Source: Lentisphaeria bacterium (GTDB lineage: Bacteria; Verrucomicrobiota; Lentisphaeria; JABSQK01; JAWLHB01). From it: a DNA stretch of 64,000 bases. The stretch is taken from NCBI GenBank assembly GCA_041690595.1, contig JAWLHB010000031.1, positions 1-64,000 of the forward strand, written 5' to 3'. Position 1 is the stretch's first letter; the number at the start of each line of letters is the position of its first letter. A program made the position numbers and the translations under genes. The notes beneath the pieces were generated by a model. The model was not told where the DNA came from and ran no database searches. It worked only from the letters and a program-made list of their open reading frames with translations. Shown piece after piece: positions 18,460 to 25,995 of the stretch.

Positions 18460-20059
18460 TGCGGCGCAACTGGCGCGAGGTCATGACGGCCGCACCGATC
18501 ATGGCCAGCGCCATGGCAACGGCCCCCCCCAGCGACCAGCGATATCCCGGTCGGCGAGCGTGCCAGTGGTGCATCCACCAAGGTTGCAGACTGAAAGGCT
18601 GGTGGCCCGGCGGCTCATCGACCAGTTCCTCGGACAGGTAGCGCCACGGTGGGTTCTGATAGACACTCTGCCAGTCACCGCTTTCGGACAGAATCACATG
18701 GAGCATCCACGGGTAGACGCGAAAAGGCGTGAAGGCGGGCACATGGTAGCGCAGAATACCAGCATCCGTCAGCGCCTGCACCGGGGGATTCCAGGCGGCC
18801 CGTGAATAGATCCGCGGATGGACGTCGTTGTCCAGCATCCACAAATACTCGCTGTTGACAAGGATGGTGCCGAGAAGCTGTACACAGATCGCGACCAGGG
18901 CGACCACCGCCACCCCAGCCACGGCCAGGCGGCGCTCCCAGCCCTGGCACATGGATCGCAGGCGGACCAGGCAAAAGGCCACCGGGATCATCAGGAGAGG
19001 AATGGTCCCTCCCATGAAGCGCGGTCCCCAGTACCAATCACCATGCCAAGCCCACCAGGACGAGTAGATGGCCAGATGCGCGAGCGTAATGGCGAGGACC
19101 AGCAACGCCGGCAGGAGGTGACGGCGGTAGAACGCCCGCACTCCCCAGATGCCCAGCAGCACGACCGGGTTGTAGAAGACAATCCCCTTGCCAGGGCTGA
19201 GCAGAAGGCCAAAGACGCCACTGTACCAAGGCATGCTGAAGCCCAGCGATGCGTCTTGCCCTTCGTTGTAGCCAAACTGCGTAACGTTGCCATAGCGCCA
19301 ATAGTTGTAGTACAGAAGCGCCGCCAGGCCAATCGTCAGCGGCAGCGCCCACAAAAGCAGCTCCCGCCAGCGCCGTGCCACACCTGCCCAGGATCCCACA
19401 GCCTGCTGCCGGATGAGGCAGAGCGCCGCCACGCTGTACACCCCGGCAAAGAGAAGGGTCGTCGGCTTCAGAAGCAGGCAGAAGCCCAGCCCCGAGGCAG
19501 CAATGGCAAGGCCCCGGCGCTGACCCCCATCGCGATAGAGCAGCAACCCCCAGAAGCCAATCAGGAGCATGAGCGTGATGGTCTGATCCGCATACGCCCG
19601 CTGAGTTCCCGGCCAGACCTGGGTACCCACGCCATAGAGAACCGCCGTCAGCACCGCCGCCCAGTGCTCGATACGGAGACGCCTCAGGAGGAGGAAGAGG
19701 ACGACAACCTGCAGGGCGCCCCATGCCGCCTGATAGATGCCCATCGCCAACATCTGCAGGGCATAGTTGCGCCAGGTCACCCCATTCTCCATCGCCCCAT
19801 GGAAGAGCTTTGCCACCGGCAGATCGACGATTGCCTGCCCGATCGGAAACTTGCTGGGGCGCAGCCCAGGCGGCGCCACCCCCTCCATCGGCGTGCCGAA
19901 GACAACCCAGTTTCGGGCAATGGCCAGGTAGGCGAGATCGTCACCGCCATAGAGCCTGGCACGCGAGGTCAGTGAGAAAAGCAGGGTAAAGGCAAGCCAC
20001 AGCCAGAGGCAAAGCCACCAGATGGCGCGATTCTCCTGAGGATGAGTTTGAGGCGACAT
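18392..20059 (-). CDS. Polytopic membrane protein, GT-C glycosyltransferase candidate
   Basis: GDD after TM1, LLKP, GLLLSPGKGIVFYNP, WHGDWYWGPRF; many TM segments. Confidence 0.65.
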   Translation of the reverse strand: MSPQTHPQENRAIWWLCLWLWLAFTLLFSLTSRARLYGGDDLAYLAIARNWVVFGTPMEGVAPPGLRPSKFPIGQAIVDLPVAKLFHGAMENGVTWRNYALQMLAMGIYQAAWGALQVVVLFLLLRRLRIEHWAAVLTAVLYGVGTQVWPGTQRAYADQTITLMLLIGFWGLLLYRDGGQRRGLAIAASGLGFCLLLKPTTLLFAGVYSVAALCLIRQQAVGSWAGVARRWRELLLWALPLTIGLAALLYYNYWRYGNVTQFGYNEGQDASLGFSMPWYSGVFGLLLSPGKGIVFYNPVVLLGIWGVRAFYRRHLLPALLVLAITLAHLAIYSSWWAWHGDWYWGPRFMGGTIPLLMIPVAFCLVRLRSMCQGWERRLAVAGVAVVALVAICVQLLGTILVNSEYLWMLDNDVHPRIYSRAAWNPPVQALTDAGILRYHVPAFTPFRVYPWMLHVILSESGDWQSVYQNPPWRYLSEELVDEPPGHQPFSLQPWWMHHWHARRPGYRWSLGGAVAMALAMIGAAVMTSRQLRRIRGPSPPAAPDAAGRDQTALPT

Positions 20060-20146
20060 GGATCTACTTTAGCCATGGCGACAGCAGATGCAATACGAGC
20101 TGCCGACGCCTTGCGAATCATGGGGATCCCCTGTACTGTTTCCCCC

Positions 20147-20887
20147 ATGCAAACGCTGAAGCTCGAAGACTTGCGCAACGTGCTCATCCGCCAGGAAGAG
20201 ACGATCATTTTCTCGCTCATCGAGCGGGCGCAGTGGAAGATCAACCAGATCATCTACGCGCCCGGCGCCTTTCCGCTGCCTGACTTCTCCGGCTCTTTCA
20301 GCGACTACCTGCTCTACGAAACTGAGAAGGTCCACGCCCGGGTGCGCCGCTATACCGCCCCGGATGAAGAACCCTTCTTCAGCGACCTGCCGCTTCCCAT
20401 ACTGGATGCACTCGACTTCCCGCGCCAGATCGTGCCCAACGCCATCAATGTCAATGGCCTGATCACGGAGTTGTACAGGGAGCAGATTCTTCCGGTTATC
20501 TGCCAGGAAGGCGATGACCAGAACTATGGTTCAAGCGCCGTCTGTGATGTGGCTTGCCTGCAGGCGCTCTCGAAGCGCATTCACTACGGCAAGTTCATCG
20601 CCGAAGCCAAGTTTCAGGCCGACCGACCGACTTATACGACGCTCATCAAGGCGAGGGACAGCGAGGGCCTCCTGGCGCTGCTCACGAATGCCGAGGTCGA
20701 GCAGCGTCTTCTCCGACGCGTCGAAGCCAAGGCGGCGACTTATGGGCAGGAGATCGACCCGGCGCGGCGTACCCAGAGCTGCAAGATCGAGCCCGCCGCC
20801 ATTGCCGGCCTTTACCGAAGGTGGGTGATTCCCTTGACCAAGCAGGTGGAAGTCGACTACCTGCTGCTTCGCCTGGAGTGGGAGTGA
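20147..20887 (+). CDS. Eukaryote-type (AroQ-beta; yeast ARO7/plant CM-like) chorismate mutase
   Basis: LRNVLIRQEETIIFSLIERAQ, VRRYTAPDEEPFF, NYGSSAVCDVACLQALSKRIHYGKFIAEAKF, KAATYGQE, VIPLTKQVEVDYLLLRL match yeast/plant CM motifs over about 246 aa. Confidence 0.9.
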   Translation: MQTLKLEDLRNVLIRQEETIIFSLIERAQWKINQIIYAPGAFPLPDFSGSFSDYLLYETEKVHARVRRYTAPDEEPFFSDLPLPILDALDFPRQIVPNAINVNGLITELYREQILPVICQEGDDQNYGSSAVCDVACLQALSKRIHYGKFIAEAKFQADRPTYTTLIKARDSEGLLALLTNAEVEQRLLRRVEAKAATYGQEIDPARRTQSCKIEPAAIAGLYRRWVIPLTKQVEVDYLLLRLEWE

Positions 20888-20901
20888 GCGAGGAGGATAC
20901 C

Positions 20902-21624
20902 ATGCGGCTGGCGCGCTATCTGGCAAAAGCCGGAGTCGCTTCGCGACGGCATTGCGAAACGTTCATCGCCGCCGGGCGCGTGAGCGTCAATGGCGAGATC
21001 GTCCGCACACCGGCCACCAATGTCCGACCGGGTCACGATAAGGTGAGTTTCGACGGCAAGCCAGTCACTGTCGACGCCCATGCTTATTACCTGCTCAACA
21101 AGCCGCCAGGCTATACCTGCACCGCGCATGATCCACATGCCAGCCACAAGGCGCTCGACCTCATCGATCTCCCTGATGATCTGCGACTCTTTTCCGTTGG
21201 CCGCCTCGACAAGGAGAGCGAAGGGCTCCTCCTCTTCACGAACGACGGAGAGCTGGCTCACCGCCTCACTCACCCCAGTTTCCAGATCGTCAAAACTTAC
21301 CTGGTCTGGGTCAGCGGGACACTGCATGAGGCATGGCTGACGCAGCTCCTGCAGGGGATCGAGGAGGGAGGCGAGATCCTGAAGGCAATATCCGCCACGG
21401 TGCGACAGCGGGAGGCTGGCCGGCATCTGCTGGAGATCGCCGTCGCCGAAGGTAAGAATCGCGAAATCCGGCGCATGTGCGGCTGGCTTGGCCTGACCGT
21501 CATTCGCTTGGTCCGCATTCGCTTCGGCCCGATCGAACTGGGCAGCTTCCCGACCGGCGACTTTCGCCCGCTGCGGGCCGCGGAAGTGCAGGCACTTCGC
21601 GCGGCCGCCGGTCTGGAGTGCTGA
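20902..21624 (+). CDS. rRNA pseudouridine synthase, RluB/RsuA family
   Basis: S4 domain RLARYLAKAGVASRR, LNKPPG, VGRLDKESEGLLLFTNDG, EGKNREIRRM; AGGAGG RBS. Confidence 0.92.
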   Translation: MRLARYLAKAGVASRRHCETFIAAGRVSVNGEIVRTPATNVRPGHDKVSFDGKPVTVDAHAYYLLNKPPGYTCTAHDPHASHKALDLIDLPDDLRLFSVGRLDKESEGLLLFTNDGELAHRLTHPSFQIVKTYLVWVSGTLHEAWLTQLLQGIEEGGEILKAISATVRQREAGRHLLEIAVAEGKNREIRRMCGWLGLTVIRLVRIRFGPIELGSFPTGDFRPLRAAEVQALRAAAGLEC

Positions 21625-21628
21625 TCCG

Positions 21629-22636
21629 TCAGGGAACCTGGCGCATGTTGGTGGCCGGGATGGTAGCCTCTTTCATGGCCGATTCCGCGATCAACTCGAG
21701 AACCCGTATGGCATTGCGTGCCTGTTCGGGCTTGACGAGCAGTTCGGCACCGTTGACCAGACTCTCATACAGGTAGTCATAGTATTCGCGGCGCTCGACC
21801 TTGAGATAGGAAGGTACAGCGTAATCGGGCCGGACCTTGGCGAAGTTCTGCGTGGCGTTCATCAGGTCGTTGGGGTGCTCGATGGTACGCTGCGTGAAGG
21901 CGCCTTCCGAGCCGATGGCGTAAAAGCGATAGGGAGCGGGGGTGCCATTTGCGAGAAACTGCTCCGTGCGCGGCAGGGCGGAGATCCGGGTGATGGGCGG
22001 CTTTTCGAAGCGCAGGGTCGCTTCGCAGAAACCACCATTCAGGGTGCCACCTTCCGGATTTGCCATGAAGGCGCTCACTTCCTTGAGGGGCGTTTCATTG
22101 ATCAACAGCATCTGGTCGATGAGGTGGATCCCCCAGTCCTCGAAATCCCCGCCTGCATAGCCGCCGGAACCAATCCGATCCTCGACCATCTTGACCTGCC
22201 CAAGCTTGCCCTTGCCGAGGATGTCCAGTAGTGCCAGGAAGTCGAGGTCAAGACGGCGATTGTGGTGAATCGTCAAGATCAGCCCCTTGGCTTTTGCCAG
22301 ATCGATCAGTTCATCGCAGGCCTCGGCACTGTGCGCCATGGGCTTTTCCACGACCACATGCTTGCCCGCCTCCAAAGCCTGCTTTACGGCCGGATAGTGA
22401 GTCGTCAGTGGCTTGGTCGCGACGACCACCAGATCCACCTGGTCATCAGCCAGCAGCTCCGCATAGGTGCCATACGCCTTGTACTTGCTTCCGGCAAGCG
22501 CGGCGCTGCGCGCGGGATCGATGTCGTATAGACCGACCACCGTATAGCGGTCCGCGCGTGCTTTAAGACTTGGAAGATGATTGCCGCGGACAATGCCGCC
22601 AGCGCCGCAAAACGCCACGTTGATGATTTGGCTCAT
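21629..22636 (-). CDS. Gfo/Idh/MocA family oxidoreductase
   Basis: GAGGI Rossmann motif, GKHVVVEKP, HHNRR, DWGIHLID. Confidence 0.9.
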   Translation of the reverse strand: MSQIINVAFCGAGGIVRGNHLPSLKARADRYTVVGLYDIDPARSAALAGSKYKAYGTYAELLADDQVDLVVVATKPLTTHYPAVKQALEAGKHVVVEKPMAHSAEACDELIDLAKAKGLILTIHHNRRLDLDFLALLDILGKGKLGQVKMVEDRIGSGGYAGGDFEDWGIHLIDQMLLINETPLKEVSAFMANPEGGTLNGGFCEATLRFEKPPITRISALPRTEQFLANGTPAPYRFYAIGSEGAFTQRTIEHPNDLMNATQNFAKVRPDYAVPSYLKVERREYYDYLYESLVNGAELLVKPEQARNAIRVLELIAESAMKEATIPATNMRQVP

Positions 22637-22774
22637 ACTGGAATCCCCGTACTCGGTTAGCTGTTGCGAAAGAAGCTACTACCATAGCCAGCGCCACGAA
22701 AATTGCGCGTCTCATTCCACCTTTTTGGCCCGGATCATTCCCAGGATCAACCCGAAAAAAAGCAACCAGCCGAC

Positions 22775-22903
22775 CATAGTATAGTATTGTTTACTTTAGT
22801 GGATACTATTATAGTATAGTGTTTTTCATGCCCGGCCGGACTTGAGCTCGAAGTGGGAGCAGAGAAGGGTTTCCGGCAACTATAGTATACTTCGATATAC
22901 TTC
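22775..22903. repeat. AT-rich array of ATAGTAT/TATAC motifs (candidate tubC-like centromere or operator)
   Basis: ATAGTATAGT at 22776-85 and 22811-20; ATAGTATAC at 22882-90; perfect inverted repeat ATACTAT-T-ATAGTAT at 22803-17; TATACTTC direct repeat at 22886-93 and 22896-903. Confidence 0.65.
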
Positions 22904-22914
22904 TACAAATGGGC

Positions 22915-22943
22915 TTGACAGGGTGCTCTGGAGCGGTTACACT
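22915..22943 (+). promoter_or_regulatory. Sigma70-type promoter for the wHTH/tubulin-like operon
   Basis: TTGACA (22915-20), 17-nt spacer, TACACT (22938-43). Confidence 0.8.
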
Positions 22944-23016
22944 TCAACCAAAGCTCGCGACGGCGACTCTCATCCTCCAAGGGTTGCGGGGCTCGCTGCC
23001 TGGAGGTGCGTGACAC

Positions 23017-23373
23017 GTGGCCATCTATTCGGGATCTGAAGGGATGATCGATCTGTTCGAACAGCAAACCAGCCAATTGAAGCAGAGTCATTTTCTGATC
23101 CTGTATTGGGTGACGCAGGCGGAAGATCGCGGAGTTCGGTACAACATCACGAACGTCTTTGACGACCTGAAGGCGCTGGGAATCACGCGTACGAAACAGA
23201 ATGCGGTCGCGTACGTAGAGACCCTCGCGGCGCTCTGCTTCATCCAGGTGCGAGACGAGAGCAATCGCAAGAATCTCTATATCACCACCCATGGTGCACG
23301 GGCACTGAAGACACTGCTGACGTCACGCAATTTCAGCTATCAACCATCCACTTTTCTGGAGGCGGCATCATGA
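23017..23373 (+). CDS. Small winged-helix DNA-binding protein (TubR-like)
   Basis: GGAGGT RBS 9 nt before GTG; helix-turn-helix region (NITNVFDDL..TRTKQNAVAYVETL) then wing FIQVRDESNRKNLYITTHGARAL; 118 aa; stop overlaps the next ATG (ATGA). Confidence 0.75.
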   Translation: MAIYSGSEGMIDLFEQQTSQLKQSHFLILYWVTQAEDRGVRYNITNVFDDLKALGITRTKQNAVAYVETLAALCFIQVRDESNRKNLYITTHGARALKTLLTSRNFSYQPSTFLEAAS

Positions 23374-24470
23374 GCATCGGAATCGGCGGCGCCGGCAGCA
23401 AGCTGGCCAGCATGCTTGATCACGGTACGTGCACCATCGTCAATGTATCTGACGTGGAGCTGAACAAGGTGGAGGCATCCACGAAGATCCGGGCGGTCAT
23501 ACATTCGCATCGCGGGCAGTATCGGGGCTCGCGCAAGAGCCCGGAGCTGGGGCGCACAGCCTTTGCCTCTGTCAGCGACAAGATGCTGGAACTCATCCAG
23601 GGCCAGATCCTTTTCTCTTCCACCGGCGGCGGGACAGGCAATGGCTTGTCGAGCGAGCTGCTGGAGAGCCTCTCCGGTATGCGCAACGTACCGACACTGG
23701 ATAAGACCACCTTTGCCTTTGTCCTGCCCTATCCCGATCGCGAAGCGACTGAATTCGTCGACAACACGATCGAATTCCTCGGTGGTCCACTCTCCATGGC
23801 GATCGATGGTGGCAACACCGGCAACATCATCCTCTTCTCCAACCGCGAGAAATTCCTGCGCAAGCTGCCGGAGGCCGAGTATAATGCGCTCCTGATCGAC
23901 TCTCTGGAGCGCTTCCTCGCCATCCCCGACAAAGGGGCCGAGCATCATCTTCTGGACGGCCACATCGACTACGAAGACTTCTCGCTCTATCAGTCGCGGC
24001 CCTACTTCAATCACTTCACCCAGTTCGTCTACGATCCGCAACTGCCCTTCGCGCAGCAACTGACCAGCAACTACAATCCGCTCCTGTTGCCGCCGGCGGC
24101 GGCGATCGAAGCACTCTTCCTGCTGGAAGTTCCGGATCCACACCAGACGCCCGCCTTCTATCAGGTGCTCGACCACTTCGCCAAGGAAGGGGTCGCCCCG
24201 GTCTACAGCGTCGTTCACAATCCGACGCTGTCAGAGCCGTTGATGACGCTCTCGATTCTCTACAGCCGCAAGCCGCTGGAGCTGGTCGAAGACTTCACCA
24301 GTATCTCCGAGAAGTCCAAGCGGACCCGTCTGGAGAAGTCGCTGGACCAGCATGTGACGCTGGCACGACTGGATGTCGACCTGGAAGGCGAAGCCAAGAA
24401 GCTGGCGACCAAGCGCGGCGACAATGGCGAAGAGATTATCGCCACGTTGAAGCGACTCGGCAAGCTCTGA
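23370..24470 (+). CDS. Divergent tubulin/FtsZ-superfamily GTPase (TubZ-like)
   Basis: T1 GIGGAG, T2 VNVSDVEL, T3 GSRKSPELG, T4 signature STGGGTGNG, T5 VLPYPDRE, T6 LFSN, T7-like GHIDYEDF; no FtsZ C-terminal D(I/V)PxFL peptide; not in a dcw cluster. Confidence 0.85.
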   Translation: MSIGIGGAGSKLASMLDHGTCTIVNVSDVELNKVEASTKIRAVIHSHRGQYRGSRKSPELGRTAFASVSDKMLELIQGQILFSSTGGGTGNGLSSELLESLSGMRNVPTLDKTTFAFVLPYPDREATEFVDNTIEFLGGPLSMAIDGGNTGNIILFSNREKFLRKLPEAEYNALLIDSLERFLAIPDKGAEHHLLDGHIDYEDFSLYQSRPYFNHFTQFVYDPQLPFAQQLTSNYNPLLLPPAAAIEALFLLEVPDPHQTPAFYQVLDHFAKEGVAPVYSVVHNPTLSEPLMTLSILYSRKPLELVEDFTSISEKSKRTRLEKSLDQHVTLARLDVDLEGEAKKLATKRGDNGEEIIATLKRLGKL

Positions 24471-24498
24471 GACGAGGGTCGGCCAAACCGTCCCGCGC

Positions 24499-24801
24499 TT
24501 ATACCTGGTAGTCGACGACCCGGCGCTCCGCCACAACCTGGCGGACAAAAGCGACGACTTCGAGATGGGCGGGGTGGGCGGCGTACGCAGCCAGGCAATC
24601 GGGGCAGTTGAACTCACTGACCAGAACGATATCGGCCGCCTGCGCATCCTCGACTGTGTTGATACCGACCTCGAGCAGGCGGATCTCCTTGATCTTCGCG
24701 GGGAGAGCATCGAGCATCTCCTTCATGCGAATGGCATTGGCGGCCTTGGGCTCGCCGTTGGCTTCGTCCTTCAATCGCCACATGACGATGTGCTTGAGCA
24801 T
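24499..24801 (-). CDS. Dabb family (stress-responsive A/B barrel) protein
   Basis: MLKHIVMWRLK...YAAHPAH...RRVVDY. Confidence 0.9.
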   Translation of the reverse strand: MLKHIVMWRLKDEANGEPKAANAIRMKEMLDALPAKIKEIRLLEVGINTVEDAQAADIVLVSEFNCPDCLAAYAAHPAHLEVVAFVRQVVAERRVVDYQV

Positions 24802-24929
24802 GGAAGACTCCTTGTGTCGGTTCAGGATTATGGTCGTTCGGGTCTGGCGGAGCCGTCACGCCATGCCGAAGCCGCCCTCCTTGCGGAGCGCAGCCATTCG
24901 GCAGGGCGAAGCTTGGCGAAAGACTCCTG

Positions 24930-25952
24930 TCAGAGTCTTTCGATCAGTGCTCTGGCAAATCCATCGGTATCGAGTTCCCCACCAAGATCGCGTGTCTTGG
25001 CGCCTTCGGAGAGGGCAAGATCGTAGGCATTCTTGATGCGGCCAGCAACCTCGCGCGCACCGTCATCGGCCCGGGTGTCGGCGAGATGATTCAGCATCAT
25101 GACGGCCGACATCAGCATCGCGAGCGGATTGGCGATACCTTTGCCGGCAATGTCGGGTGCAGAGCCATGGACAGCCTCGAAGATCGCTTCCCGCTCACCT
25201 ATGTTGGCGCCCGGCACCACGCCGAGTCCGCCGACCAGGCCGGCGGTCAGATCGCTCACCACGTCGCCATACAGGTTCTCGCACAGCAGCACATCAAACT
25301 GTGACGGATTCTGAACCAGCTTCATGCAACCCGCGTCAATGATGACTTCCTGATAGGCGATGTTGGGATAATCCACCCGATGGATGCGCTGGGCACACTC
25401 CAGAAAGAGCCCGTCAGACATCTTCATGATGTTGGCCTTATGGAGAACCGTAATGCGCTCGCGCTGCCGCTGGGTGGCATAGCGGAAGGCCCAGTGCGCA
25501 ATACGTGCGCACGCCTTCTGGGTGGCCACCTTCATGCTGACCACCACCCCGGGCGTAATCTCGTTTTCGGCGCCGCTGTAGAGCCCTTCGGTGTTCTCAC
25601 GGATGATGACCAGGTCGACATCCTTGTAGGGGGTGGGCACCCCGGGCAGGCTCCGCACGGGGCGCACCGCAGCGTAGAGGTCGAGCTGCTTGCGCAACTG
25701 CACGTTGACCGACTGGAAGCCTTTGCCGACGGGGGTCGTACACGGCCCCTTGAGCCCGATCTGATACTGGCGCACGGCATCGACGGTGCTTTTCGGCAGC
25801 ACGTCGTCGCCAGCCGTCAACGCCGCGATACCCGCCAGGTGTTCCTTCCATTCGATGGCAGCGCCGGCCTTGGCCAACACCTTCTTGACGGCATTGGTAA
25901 TCTCGGGCCCAATCCCGTCGCCGGGAATGAGAACAATCTCATAGGTATTCAT
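24930..25952 (-). CDS. Isocitrate/isopropylmalate dehydrogenase family (NAD-dependent IDH-like)
   Basis: IPGDGIGPEI, GLKGPCTTP, SVNVQLRK, RENTEGLY, HKANIMK, NLYGDVVSD, FEAVHGSAPDIAGK. Confidence 0.92.
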   Translation of the reverse strand: MNTYEIVLIPGDGIGPEITNAVKKVLAKAGAAIEWKEHLAGIAALTAGDDVLPKSTVDAVRQYQIGLKGPCTTPVGKGFQSVNVQLRKQLDLYAAVRPVRSLPGVPTPYKDVDLVIIRENTEGLYSGAENEITPGVVVSMKVATQKACARIAHWAFRYATQRQRERITVLHKANIMKMSDGLFLECAQRIHRVDYPNIAYQEVIIDAGCMKLVQNPSQFDVLLCENLYGDVVSDLTAGLVGGLGVVPGANIGEREAIFEAVHGSAPDIAGKGIANPLAMLMSAVMMLNHLADTRADDGAREVAGRIKNAYDLALSEGAKTRDLGGELDTDGFARALIERL

Positions 25953-25995
25953 GCTGATCTCTTTGCAGGGTGATCGTCGAGGTCGATAACGAGAG

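Noticed and set aside
22799..22807. DnaA box (AGTGGATAC) within the AT-rich array
   Set aside because: Two mismatches to TGTGGATAA and a single copy; insufficient to call an origin.
23370..24470. Canonical cell-division FtsZ
   Set aside because: It lacks the NTD and GAG motifs in canonical form and the C-terminal conserved peptide, has no ftsA/ftsQ/mur neighbours, and is coupled to a wHTH gene.
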